In this document: positions 38,074-49,719 of the stretch, one piece after another
Position numbering within the stretch: the first letter of the stretch is position 1
Layout of the letters: each line of letters starts with the position of its first letter
Assembly: GCA_949358305.1 (NCBI GenBank)
Contig: OX442314.1
Span: 30,070,001 to 30,134,000 of the forward strand
Direction of reading: 5' to 3'
Origin: Strigamia acuminata
Taxonomy: Eukaryota
DNA: 64,000 nucleotides
The notes under the pieces: generated by a model
The model's database searches: none
What the model was told of the DNA's origin: nothing
Seen by the model: only the letters and a program-made list of their open reading frames with translations
Made by a program: the position numbers and the translations under genes

Positions 38074-39577
38074 GAAGAGAATCCTTGACTATTATCCCGC
38101 GGCGGCCGCTATTCTCCTCTTCGATTACGATGTCGAAAAGAAGGCCGAAAGCATTATAAAATGCGATGATTTTTTGGATTTTGGGGTTGTTTCGTGTTAG
38201 ATGCGTCAAGAGAAGCACAGCCTGTTAAAAATTACATTTATTAATTCAAATTTTAATTTTCCAAATGTTATTTCAATTTGTTTTTACGTCGTTTCGGATG
38301 ACTTCGCTGCTGTCACTCAATAAATCCACTAGTTTCGACACTGTTAAGGGGTTCGCGCGTACAACCTCCTGCAGGTCACGGCACTTGTTGATGAGAAGGC
38401 ACGTCAATAATTTCACGGCTGGGCTTCGTACGTAAAGATCATTATCCTAAAAAATTGAAAAATTGAATCAATTTATAAAATTTGGATTTTGTATTTTTTT
38501 TTGTAATTTTTGTTCAATTTTAGTCAATTTCCAACACGTACTTCGAGAAAGCTAAGCACCAGCTCCACTTTATCGGTCTTTTTAATGAATATTTCCGTAA
38601 ATTATTCTCCTGATTCTTGTTTTATTTGAATATCTTTGCCTTCACTATCCCAAGGTTGATTTGACATCACATTGTGCAATGTAAGGTGCGGCACAAAAAA
38701 TTAGAAACACATGAAATTTGTTTGTTTTGAAATGATCTTTTCATTTCATTTTGTGGTTTTCTAACCTATTCCAATCGTTTTTTCACAACAAAATAAGCAA
38801 GAAACCTTGTTTTTTAACTTTAACTTTAAAATCACTAATTAATTCCATGTTATCCTAAAGTAGGGTAACTTTATTTGGTATTAAATGGTACTAAATCATT
38901 GCCTAAATTGTCATAAATCATTGTTAACCAACTGTTCTTAATTTTTTGAACCTAGGTATTTTTTCATTTTAGTTGATTACGAGAGAAAATTAAAAGTTTC
39001 CATATTAAAAAACAAGGTTTCTTGCTTATTTTGATGTGAAAAAACGATTGGAATAGGTTAGAAAACTATAAAATGAAAAGATCATTTCAAAACAAACAAA
39101 TTTTACGTGTTTCTAATTTTTTGTGCCGCACCTTATACAACACAATGGTTTCTGTCTCTTTTCTGTAATAAAAAAATAAATTTCATTAAAAATGTCAAAT
39201 TTCGCGTTTTATTTATTTATTTTTTACCTATCCGTTTTCAATACTTTGATCAAGGCATCTACTATACCTTGAGTACCGACCTCGTGTCTGTGTGTCTGTG
39301 AATAAAGGTAAAAGAGTACCGGTAGTATATAAAAAAAATGACTTGAATTACGGAGCTTAGAAAAAGCTTTGAGAGCTAGGACAGATTCTTTGGGGTCCAC
39401 CGGTAAAGTTGACTCTTCAACAAGTTCAACCAGACACTCTACGTGCAATTATCATCGATGATGAAATGTATTTTTAGTTGTTTTTCGAGTGTGACTTACG
39501 ATTTTCGCTCCTTTTGAACGAGTTCCGCCTTGTTGGGTTCCCAACACCGACTTAAATCCACTTTTATAAGACTCCAT
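38074..39577 (-). pseudogene. USO1: Unprocessed 5'-fragment pseudogene of general vesicular transport factor p115
   Basis: Exons MESYKSGFKSVLGTQQGG (39577-39500); VECLVELVEESTL...ALKAFSK; HRHEVGTQG...VLKTDR; ...GE*FTEIFIKK; YVRSPAVKLLT...VSKLVDLLSDSSEVIRND; IQKIIAFYNAF. Lesions: TAA at 38604-38602, acceptor AG>AC at 39443, no GT donor after the second exon, a MITE inside an exon, and truncation at 38074. Confidence 0.85.
38684..39133. mobile_element. MITE with long TIRs inserted at a TA inside a USO1 pseudo-exon
   Basis: TA|AGGTGCGGCACAAAAAATTAGAAACAC ... GTGTTTCTAATTTTTTGTGCCGCACCT|TA. Removing it restores ...VLYTLHN. Confidence 0.8.
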
Positions 39578-41175
39578 GTTGTAATGCCTATCGGGCGCAT
39601 CAAGGGTACTCGAACACTACGCAGTACTTTTACAGTGAAGGAAGAGACACTCAAACGAGCTTCTATGACAAGAGGCTTGGTGCAAGCGCTGCTTGTAGTT
39701 GAGGGAAGAGACACTCAAACGAGCTTCAAAGACAAGAATCTTGGTGCGAGCGCTTGTAGTTAAGTAGTACTTGAGTGTGAGAAGTTTAGTACTTAATTAG
39801 TTACGTACTTAAGTGTGAGAAGTTTAGTACTTAATTAGTTAAGTACTTAAGTGTAAGAAGACTCGGAGTTATGTCAACTAGGGGGTGGTCAGTGCAACAA
39901 ACAGCTGTGTCCTTGACTGTTATTTAAAATTGAAGCTGTAAAAAGGATTTAAAAATGTCCTGTTATTTTCTTTTGTACTTCATTTTGCAAAATGACCCAT
40001 ATTCAGTGGGTAAGTATGGTTTGATATAGTTTAGTATTTTCACAGTCAAAATATAATACTGGAGCGCTCCAAGGGTTACAACAGCAACCGTCCTCTAATT
40101 TCACAATATACAGGGTGTCCCAAAAGTCTGAACCACCCTAAATATTTCGTGAGCAATTGCATCTAGGCCAACTTTGATGAAGCAATCGTATAGGAAGTTT
40201 GGTGAGAGCAATCCAATGATGTGATTAAATTTGACCTTGAAGGCCATTTTCAAGGTCATTCACTTGCTAACTTCTAAACCAATCAGATTAGAGCAAAATT
40301 TCCAATTAGAAAGTTGTAGAGCATGGCCTACTTAGTCTAGAACTGTTCTTAAAAAAGTTATCTCGGACTGAAAAGTTTTGAGAAAAAAAGGTTTGAAATG
40401 TTAGTCAACTCAGCTTTGTAACTCAGCTTTGTAACCTAAAACTATTGAGGCAACCAAGCTAATCCTCAATTAGGACACTTTATTGGGTCATACTTGCAAG
40501 TAGAAGAGAGGAAACACAAAAGAAAGAAAATAATTTATTTTGGAAATACATTGTGAGTGGCGGTCGGTCGCCTCATGGCCAGGGGAGGACCATGGGGCGT
40601 TTGGACACCATTCACGATTAAATACAACACAGAGAACACACAGTTTGGATTGAATATCTTTATTGTGGTTGTCTAGGGGTTGTGCGTTCACCGTGTTATC
40701 GCCTAGGTCGCTGGGTTGCCTTGCAGCAACCCAGCCCAGTCCAACCGCTGACCACATGGTCGAGGACCACATGGGCAGCGTGGTCGGATTACATTTGCCT
40801 TGCCGTGCCTCGCAGCACGGCCAACGAGTCGCCTCAAGTCATGTCGGACTTGAGAGCGATCACGCCTCGTGTTGCGACGGCAGTCGCCATCGTCTCCTTC
40901 ATCGTAGAGCTCTTACAACCAGTCAGGGCTGGACTGGGAACAAGTTTATTACCGGGAAATCTGGGTGTCCGGGCCACAATTAATGGAGTCGGGACAGGCT
41001 ACAGCAGGCCGCAACAGGCCACAGCGGCCACGGGCCACCGGGAAACTCCCGGTAGCCCGCCGGGCCAGTCCAGCACTGCAACCAGTCAGCACGGGACTGG
41101 AGATCGAACTGTCTCCAAGATGGCGGTCAAGCCACGAGGAGACCTTGTGTAATCCTCTGTCCTGATTGGCTGCAA

Positions 41176-41556
41176 TCAGGACGCAGCTGGTCCCTGTCGC
41201 ACAAACAACGTTTTTGGTGGTGTCAATGACAGCTCTGGCATGGGTAACTGAGGTGTGCAGACGCTTTGTTGCGGCGCTGGAGTTACCACCAGTGTGTTAA
41301 AAATTGGCATCGGCAATTTGGGGCATTTTGCACCAAAGTGCGAGCCATTACAAATGGAACAACCAATATACATCGTCGGCGGCGCATATTGTTGCCAAGT
41401 TACGTTTGTGCAACTCATCGCAAAGTGCGGGCCGCCGCATTTGAAGCAGCCACCCATGGGCGCCAAATGTGTTCTCTGGTTCGTTTGCACCGCGGGTGCA
41501 TTCGGAACCGTCGCTGTCGGGACCGGATCTGCGAGGGCAGATTCGACCGTTTCCAT
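41176..41556 (-). CDS. Small ORF with two CX2CX3HX4C zinc knuckles (gag-like; probably element-derived)
   Basis: CFKCGGPHFAMSC and CSICNGSHFGAKC in a GC-rich island (40550-41590); expression unknown. Confidence 0.4.
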   Translation of the reverse strand: METVESALADPVPTATVPNAPAVQTNQRTHLAPMGGCFKCGGPHFAMSCTNVTWQQYAPPTMYIGCSICNGSHFGAKCPKLPMPIFNTLVVTPAPQQSVCTPQLPMPELSLTPPKTLFVRQGPAAS

Positions 41557-41590
41557 AGGTGCGGAAACAATCCCATCAGTGTATGACGAA

Positions 41591-42446
41591 CACGGTATTG
41601 TTTATGCAATATCATGCCAAATCCCACCGATAGATGGCGCTGACGTCCATAAGCGGCAAATTCGAATAGAATTTGTCACTTGATGTAAAACCACATAAAA
41701 TATAACTTTTATGTGATTTTAAGACAGAGAATCGACTTTATCTTATATTTATGGAAATAAATACAGATATTATGTTGTTTTGTGGTAACTCTGCAAAGTT
41801 ACCTCAAAACTAGGTTTAGGGGATTAAATCTCCCCCTCGCACCTGCTCCCAGCGTGGACCCCCGCGGATCAAGTTGAAAGACTTAATCCAAAAGTGTTCC
41901 TCGCTATCCAGTTCCTGTCCCGACCTAGCAGAGAGCTATGGCCTGAGTATCCAGTTCCTGTTGACCACCTGGACTGGAAATGTGCTCTGAGTATCCCATC
42001 ACGGTGACCAGTGATTGGGGGGATTTGCAGAACCATTGCTCTCATTGGAGCAATGGCCAAGCTATTGTTTTCCCTGAGTATATACTTCCTCGCAACAGGA
42101 AGTAGCTCGCTCTTGACCAGATATTTGACTATATGTTTTCTTGAGCCCATTCTACTACTCCGGTTGTCATGTTGATTGCGCAGACACTTGCTTGTCTGTT
42201 GATTGCGCAGTCAATGCCCCTTATACTGCGGGCCTATGACAACCTACATACGGCGTACACTTGACGTGGAGATGGGTGATATGATGCCTCCATGTCCGGG
42301 TGCCCGATGACGGCTGTGTGGCCGTGAGGAGATCAGGTCGCGGCGATGAGTAGTAAGAATCCCGTCGGGCCGGATATAATTCAACAAGTGTTCCACAAGG
42401 CCTGCCAGTTACAGTAAGCCACGGCTGCCGAACAGCGTGTCGAAAA
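41591..42446. mobile_element. Second copy of the 15197-17900 repeat family; host site of the outer Gypsy insertion
   Basis: Collinear similarity with 15197-15530, 16096-16260 and 17215-17310. Confidence 0.65.
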
Positions 42447-43279
42447 TGTAACATTAGGGTTGAAATAACTAAACTCGGAAAAGTTTAGTTAGATTAAATC
42501 CCCAGCTAGTTTATGTCACAACTCAGCATTGTGCATAAACACGGATACTTCTTCCAGAACTGTACAAAACTGAAGACTAGCTACATTAGCATTTACTTGC
42601 CAGTAAATGTGTAGCTAAATTGCCAACTTTATGTAAGCAGAATTATTACGAGTATTTACTGAAAAGTAATACTCTAATAAATACATCCATTACACGGAAC
42701 CAGAAGTTATGATTGTAAACTCGCAACAGTTTACTCTCGTATGAAGAACCAATTTGACGTATCACACCAATTATAAATGTCTTAAAACATTTATAAGAGG
42801 TCAATTGGTAAATGGCTCTCACAAGCCATTTAAACCAATAACCGCCCCAAGTTTGTGGCGATGCAGATACAGTCAACCGGAAGTCCTCGGATACTAACCC
42901 TTTCATTACAGATTCGAACCAGGACCAAACAATCAACCGATTCAGACGACATCTTACCAGGGCAAAGCCGATTGATATTATTATAGCGCCACACAGGCAA
43001 CTATATGTATAGTTTAATCGAGAATTCCTTGGCCATTTGTCGGCATAGTTATTGTGTAACTATATTTTATGCAAATTGATTAATATAATCACTTTACGGT
43101 GATTATATTTAGATATCAATAAATATGTTATGTCTTGATAACCACCGGTTTCATTATTTTACCCAGTTCACACTTTAGGTTTGTTAACTTATCTCTCAAC
43201 TACTAGAATTGATAGACTTGCTTGTTATGCCAAAATACACATTTTGAGCGGATAGCGTCATCGAAAGGTCATCGTCACA
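42447..43279 (+). repeat. 5' LTR of G1 (~833 bp; start inferred)
   Basis: TGTAAC...GTCACA termini, AATAAA near 43118, ends 2 nt before the PBS. The partner LTR is outside the window. Confidence 0.65.
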
Positions 43280-43281
43280 CG

Positions 43282-43299
43282 TGGAGGTCCCACCGAGAT
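43282..43299 (+). promoter_or_regulatory. Primer-binding site complementary to the tRNA-Gln 3' end
   Basis: TGGAGGTCCCACCGAGAT is the reverse complement of ATCTCGGTGGGACCTCCA (eukaryotic tRNA-Gln 3' end). Confidence 0.85.
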
Positions 43300-44750
43300 A
43301 GGTTGCAAGCTAAAAGTGAACTTAGGTAAAATTTTGAATTTTGACATTTTTGTTGTAATTTTTCTTTACCAAGAAAATTATGGCTGAGTTGTATTTTTTT
43401 TTCTAACCAGAAAATTATAACTAAATGTCCGCGTTGTAAATTTTCTTGAAAAAGAAATTTATAACCGTTTTGTTCGTGTTGTGATTTTCTTTAACGAGAA
43501 AATTACGATTATTGATTTGTTTGTTGTATTTTCTCTCGAAAAAGAAAAATATAATTACAAATTTCACAGTGTCGTTAATATTTTAATCGAAATATTATTT
43601 GAACATTGTTTCCCAAGTCTAGTTGCATTTTTCTCACAAGAATGTGTAACAAGTAGACTACCGTACGTTATTTACTATTTCGCGAAAAATATAAATAAAT
43701 GTGCCAGACGTTTGTTGAGTCAAGTCCTTTGAATAAAAAGTTTTGATTCTCGACAAACAAGCAGAAGTTTCTACAACTCGAAGAATTCACGATGCTGTCC
43801 ATTGTTTAAGTTATTTCTAATCAAAATGCTTGAACTTTAACTTTTTGTACGAAAAGTTAACGACACTTGGATGGTAGTCTGAAAAGGTCATATTTTCTCA
43901 CCAAAAATGTGGCTAATGGTAGTATTTTGTGATTATTTCCCGAAAGGAAATAAAAACAATTTTCTCTTTACAAAGAGACTGGAGATTGTCAAGCAGCTGT
44001 GGAGAATGGGCGATTTTGACTTGTCTTAAAAAACGGGTTAATCTTGCTGACAAGAATGGCAAAGTTCAAATTCTCGAAAAAGAATTTGGACCAAAACTCA
44101 GTGGGTGGCATATCCAGAAAAGGAAATGCATTGTTGGGTGATGAATGAGTGGCACACGTCAAATGTGTCATTTTTTCATTCGTCCAATCTCACTGAACGG
44201 ATTAACCCCCAAAATTCATTTTTTGGGAAGTGTGAAGACCACTTGCATTCTTGCATCCACACTGACTGGACGTCTCTTGACCACCATTTTGGACCGTGAC
44301 CACCTTGTTCGTTTGGACCATTTTGCATCCGAAAAGCCGTAAAGTTAAGTGTAATTTTGTTAAAACATTGTAGTTTAAAGCGCACCTTCCTAAGCGCTAG
44401 TTTAATATAAAAAGCGTATTTCATTTTTGTAGTTTAAGTGTGTTTTGCCCACACCAAGTTTAAAGAATCAGTTGTACTATTCTTTCTCTAGTTTTAATTT
44501 AGGCGTGACTGTTTCTCCGCGCTAGTGTTGTATTAAAATCCTTCGTACTCCAATCTATTTTTTGGGCGTTATTTTCTTGTTGTTTTTCGTGTACCCCACA
44601 GTACACGTTTTAACACCGAACCTATCGCCAATTTTCGTTGTTGTTTGATTTTGTCGGTTACGTACTAAACGGTACGTAATCTCACACCGAATCTATCGCC
44701 GATTTTTCAACTTTTCACTTTGTGTTCTCATATTTTTGAACAAAAATATC

Positions 44751-47042
44751 ATGACACATCATCGTAATTTATTCGACACCCTGAATCAAACGAGAGACCA
44801 GGAGGACGAGAATCAATCGCGGAACCAGCTCACTCCAATAACGGAGGAAAGCACGCAGTACGACGCCGACGAGGATTTGCGGGCGTATTGTCGCCACTTC
44901 AATTTAGATGTACGTTTCTTCGGTTCGCTGACCGAAGCCAAACAGTATATGGCTCGCAATCAACAGCCGGGAGGTTCGTCCGACCGTTCCGGCCGATCAG
45001 CGGACGAGTTGGAACTGAACCGCGGAGGTATCAACGGAGGGCCGCCGGCAACTTACGAGAAGTCGCGTGACCCGCCACCCGCTCCGCCTCCATCACGAGT
45101 CGTTAACCCTACTTCTCCAAATAAGGAACAAACGACAGAACCACGTGCATCGACTCCAAAGTCAGATGAACTTTTACTGGTTGAACGTACGGACAACGTA
45201 CAACGACCATCTGTAGTGGACAAAGTCGCGAGCGAGTCGCAGGCCATCGTCCCTGAACGGCGTAACCAACAGCCTATTCCTGCACTCCCGCTAGTGTTGG
45301 AACAGGAAATTCCGCCGAGGAGAGTTGCTTATCCACCTAAGCATCCCTCCGAAGCCATACGACGTTTCCAACAAGAAATTAGGGATCAAACCTCAACGTT
45401 GAGAACCCCTGTTGATTTCGGGGCACAGCAGGAATTTCCGACTAGAAAATTTCCTGCCGACCCGATCGAACGCTTCCAACAACGAGTTCGCGACGAAGTA
45501 CGAGATGTGGACCCAAATCCAATTCAACCTCATACACATTTCGAGTCACCGCGAAGAAGGCCGAACTTGCCTGCCTTGCGTCGGGAGAAGTCGCCGTCAC
45601 CAATTATTCCCCGTGCTCAAATAGGGTATGAGGAATTTCGGCCAAATTACGAAGATTATCGGACGAATCACGGTTATAACTCCCCCAGCCAGGGGAGATT
45701 CCGTCATTCCTCGCCACCACGACCAGATGAGTTTCAACGCTCATATTCGCCACCTCCTGCAAGGGGGAGTCGAAGAAATGAGCCCCGTCCACCCCAGCCA
45801 GGGGGACAAGGGGGACAAGGAGGGCAAGGGGGACATCACACCAATGATCCCAACTTGCTCCCTCCCAGTTATTTTCAACGTTCATATTCTCCACCGCCAC
45901 GGAGGGGAAACAGCGCGAGTAGCACTGCCCCCACCCTGTCGCAAGACGATATGAACTTACTAGTTCAGAGATTGTCGGGAAATGTGCGAAATACCCAATC
46001 GCAACCGCAATCAAATAGGAAATTCATCTGTAAAGGAATAGAAATCCCAGCTTTTGAAGGAAAGCAGGAAGACGTGTCAAGATTTTTGGAAGTTGTGAAA
46101 TCAGTTTCAATGTTACGAGAAATAACATTAGACAACATGGTACATGAAATCATTCCAGGTTATTTACTGGGCCATGCGCAAACATGGTTCAAACAAGAGA
46201 AACGACGTTTCACAAGTTGGGAAATTTTCGAGGACGCTTTTCTAAGACGTTTCGATCTCGTCCCGCTCACGCGAGCAAGACGACTGAAAAACGTAATCCA
46301 GAGAGCTGACGAAAGCTTATATGATTTTCTGTTGCGTTTTTCCAAAGCGCAAGGGAAAATTGCACCCGGAAGTAGAGAAGGTATAGACCACCTGTTCGAT
46401 AATGTAACTGATGAAAGCTTTATGTTATTGATGAATAAGGATCTGTACGGTGAAAGTACAGTTGAAGAAATCATTTATTTCGTGGGAAAACATCGCTGTA
46501 TGTTTGAAAACAAAAAGCAACATTCGGCTCGCCTCGAGTTTGACAACAGCGAATTTCCAGCATCCAATGCCTCGACAAAGGCCAAAGATAACAAATTCGC
46601 ATCTAAACCATCACTCAAGGTTTCCACTGTTGGTTATGAACCAAATACCCAAGTGGAAAGTGACATTGAAGTTGATAGTGGAGACGAAGAATCGATGGAG
46701 ACCATCTATATTAACCACATGGAGACCAAGTCCGGGAAGTGTTTTTACTGTCATGAAACAGGGCACTTCAAACGGGAATGCCCGAAATGGCTAAATAAAA
46801 ATAAACCAGATTCCGCAAATAAACGTCCGGCGAGCTCACAAGCTACGCCCGATGATGTAAAACGGCCTAGACCTAACTGGGTTACGACCGAACTTCTGGA
46901 CAAGAAACTAGGCGATTTACAATCAACATTGCAGTCGTCTCTTCAAAAGTCTCTTCACAGCTCAGTTACCGATCTACTTACAAAATTCTTGAAAGCTCCT
47001 ACAAGCTCGATAGAAAAAGCAGATGAGTCAAAAAACTGTTAG
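44751..47042 (+). CDS. gag: G1 Gag (Pro/Arg-rich N-terminus, capsid-like region, CCHC knuckle)
   Basis: IPAFEG...FL...YLLGHAQTWF capsid-like pattern; CFYCHETGHFKREC. Confidence 0.9.
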   Translation: MTHHRNLFDTLNQTRDQEDENQSRNQLTPITEESTQYDADEDLRAYCRHFNLDVRFFGSLTEAKQYMARNQQPGGSSDRSGRSADELELNRGGINGGPPATYEKSRDPPPAPPPSRVVNPTSPNKEQTTEPRASTPKSDELLLVERTDNVQRPSVVDKVASESQAIVPERRNQQPIPALPLVLEQEIPPRRVAYPPKHPSEAIRRFQQEIRDQTSTLRTPVDFGAQQEFPTRKFPADPIERFQQRVRDEVRDVDPNPIQPHTHFESPRRRPNLPALRREKSPSPIIPRAQIGYEEFRPNYEDYRTNHGYNSPSQGRFRHSSPPRPDEFQRSYSPPPARGSRRNEPRPPQPGGQGGQGGQGGHHTNDPNLLPPSYFQRSYSPPPRRGNSASSTAPTLSQDDMNLLVQRLSGNVRNTQSQPQSNRKFICKGIEIPAFEGKQEDVSRFLEVVKSVSMLREITLDNMVHEIIPGYLLGHAQTWFKQEKRRFTSWEIFEDAFLRRFDLVPLTRARRLKNVIQRADESLYDFLLRFSKAQGKIAPGSREGIDHLFDNVTDESFMLLMNKDLYGESTVEEIIYFVGKHRCMFENKKQHSARLEFDNSEFPASNASTKAKDNKFASKPSLKVSTVGYEPNTQVESDIEVDSGDEESMETIYINHMETKSGKCFYCHETGHFKRECPKWLNKNKPDSANKRPASSQATPDDVKRPRPNWVTTELLDKKLGDLQSTLQSSLQKSLHSSVTDLLTKFLKAPTSSIEKADESKNC

Positions 47043-48655
47043 AGGGGGTTGAACCAACCATTCCAGCCCCCATTAAAACAGACCCTTTTGATTTCTCGGA
47101 GTTTTCAGATGATTTATTCGAATTATCTGGAGAATATCTGAAAACCCCGCCAGTTGAACTGGCGACCAATTTAAATAAGGAACTATTCAAGTGGGACGAC
47201 TTGAACCTTGATTTAATTCCTACAGCAGAGCACGCCAACAGTAACACTGGCGGCGTGATGGAAGGATTCGACGCAATGACGAAACAATTGGAGGGACTCA
47301 GCATCTTCAACCACGGTGGAAAGTGGAATGTGAAGAAATTCAGTAACCTCCGACGTTTAGACCAACGCGGAGTTACGGCATTCGTGAAAACACTGACCGC
47401 CCGACATTCTGACGATCCTCGGATGAGAGTTCAGATTGGAGGTCTGAAATTCAATGCGTTAATGGACTCTGGTGCAACCCAGTGCTTCATTGGAATCCAA
47501 CTTCTATCTCAAACTAATGCAGAACCCGATTATATCCAAGAATGTCCTCGGGGAATGCGAGTTTGTGCAGTAGGAATTAGTCACGTGCCGCTTGGACAAA
47601 TTACACTTTGTGTCAAGTGGGCAGGCGGACTAAAATATACGCCAATCAACTTCATTATCCTGAAACATGGAGTGTGTGACCTTATCATTGGCCACAATTT
47701 CATGCGACGCGCCGGAATCGACTTAAGAGCTAAAAGAGGATCATTCACATGCGATTCCATGCCTGGATGGTCGGCTCCCTATGAAACTAGAGAGTCTGAC
47801 TGTGAATTGGCACGTATCCGTACACTCGATGCTAATAGCGCCGAGACTCACACGCCTGCTGATTGGGCCGAAAAGCTTGTCGCAGACTGTGATAGTACGG
47901 ACGAACGTAAGGACCAACTAAAAGCTGTCATTTTAGCAATAAAAGACGTTTTTAGGGACAAGGTAGGTTGCACCAACCTTGCCAAGCATAAAATCACTTT
48001 GAAAAAAGATGCTAAATGGCGAGTCCAACCTTACAGAATGTACAACCCGGCCAAGAAGGCCATAATGACGGAATTATTCGAGGAGTTGGAGGCCGATGGT
48101 CTAATCGAGCCTGCAACTGGCCCGTACATCAGCCATCCCGTGATTGTAGCTAAGCCCAATGGCAAATATCGACTCTGCATCGATTATCGTTGGCTTAATG
48201 CAATTACGGAACTCGACACAATACAAATGCCTAGTATCGACCTGTTGATCCACAGTACGAATAAGGCCAAGTATTTCACATCATTAGATCTAACTCAGGG
48301 ATATCATCAAATGGAGATGCAAGAGGAGGATCGTTGTAAAACTGCCTTCTACACACCAAAGGGAAACTATCAATTTAAAAGGATGCCCTTTGGTCTTTGC
48401 AATGCTCCTTGTTCTTTCCAGAACTTGATGAGCCGAGTGATGGGTGACTCGCTGCATAAGCATGTCCTCGTCTACTTAGATGATCTGATCATCTTCTCCC
48501 ACTCCTGGAAAGAACACTTGGACCACATAAAGGACGTGTTAGAAAAGCTCCACAAAGCTAATTTAACAATCAACAAAGCCAAATCAAAATTTGGAAGAAC
48601 TTCACTAAAGTTCTTGGGTCATTATATCACACCGGAAGGTTTGAATGCTGACCCC
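47030..48655 (+). CDS. pol: G1 Pol, 5' part (protease, RT), entered by -1 frameshift; interrupted by G2
   Basis: ALMDSGATQCF, RLCIDYR, MPFGLCNAP, YLDD. The -1 frame is open from the A AAA AAC heptamer at 47030. Confidence 0.9.
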
Positions 48656-49651
48656 TGTGGTGACCCGACTGGGGTGGGGCACGAAGAGTTTCTCTCGTGG
48701 CCTACATACGGGTAAAGAAGGGGAGTCGCACGCGCGCCTCCCTTCCCTCAGAGCATTGACATCCAGTCAATGGACGGGCGTCTGCCCTGGGGGAGTGGGG
48801 GAGATTCGTCTTCTCCACTATTGGGTGGCTTTAGTCACCTGTCACCCCCCGCTTTGTGCAAAGGAATTCGCCTTGCACTGAGCGGGGAGAACCAACACAA
48901 AAATCAACCAAGATACACGTAAAAGCCAAACGTCCTAAAACGATCAAGCCTAAGTACAAAGACTTCAGGAGTGACCTAGGACAAGGGACTTTCAACGTGA
49001 GTACGATTGATTTGTGTTAACCTCCGCAGAGTAACCTGCGAAACAAGATTACCACACTATTTTAGCAAGCCAGCTAGAAATAGTAAACCTACTCCAATTT
49101 AGCGAGTTGTGCAGACAAACGGTCGCACAAGCCTAAATTGCAGTAACCACGACGAGCGTTCCCGCCGCTGTGTGTATCGCCGGGAACCACCAAGCGTCCG
49201 CCGCTGTGTGATCGCCGGACACCTACAAAAAACCCTAAACCTAGACAACAGACCAGAAGTAAGACCTTTCAGGCATTCACTCGCGCCCGACCAGCGTGAG
49301 CCCGAAGGACCGAACGAGAAACGTGAGACGAGGACGCCATTCATTGCCACGCCGGCCCAAGACGACACCACGTTGCCACGCGGACGCCATCTTGGATCCA
49401 CAGCGACAAAGGACGACCTCGACCAGTTTCCCGCCAACTTCACACCCCTTTCCTTTTACCTTTTTATTCCCTTACATATTTTATTCCCTTTTAACTGTAT
49501 ATTCCCGTATAATAAATACATTTATTATATTTACCTTTTACATTGTCTTGCCGTGTTACATTATTTGGGTAACCGCTTGAGTAAAGCGGTATTGCGAGAT
49601 CAGAGAGTGACTCATACCACGTATCAGCGACAGACCGAGTTGAGCGCGACA
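48656..49651 (+). repeat. G2 5' LTR
   Basis: Direct repeat of 61182-62177; no mismatch seen; AATAAA near 49511. Confidence 0.95.
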
Positions 49652-49653
49652 CG

Positions 49654-49671
49654 TGGGGGCCTGTCCGGGAT
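49654..49671 (+). promoter_or_regulatory. Primer-binding site, tRNA-Pro-like
   Basis: TGGGGGCCTGTCCGGGAT versus canonical tRNA-Pro PBS TGGGGGCTCGTCCGGGAT (16 of 18). Confidence 0.8.
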
Positions 49672-49719
49672 CGGTTTAAACGACTCGAATAGAACTTGAG
49701 ATCATTTTCATACCCAAAA

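Noticed and set aside
48656..49699. ORFs of 78-210 aa in the G2 LTRs (duplicated at 61183-62267)
   Set aside because: Non-ATG starts and no recognisable domains; their duplication merely reflects LTR identity.
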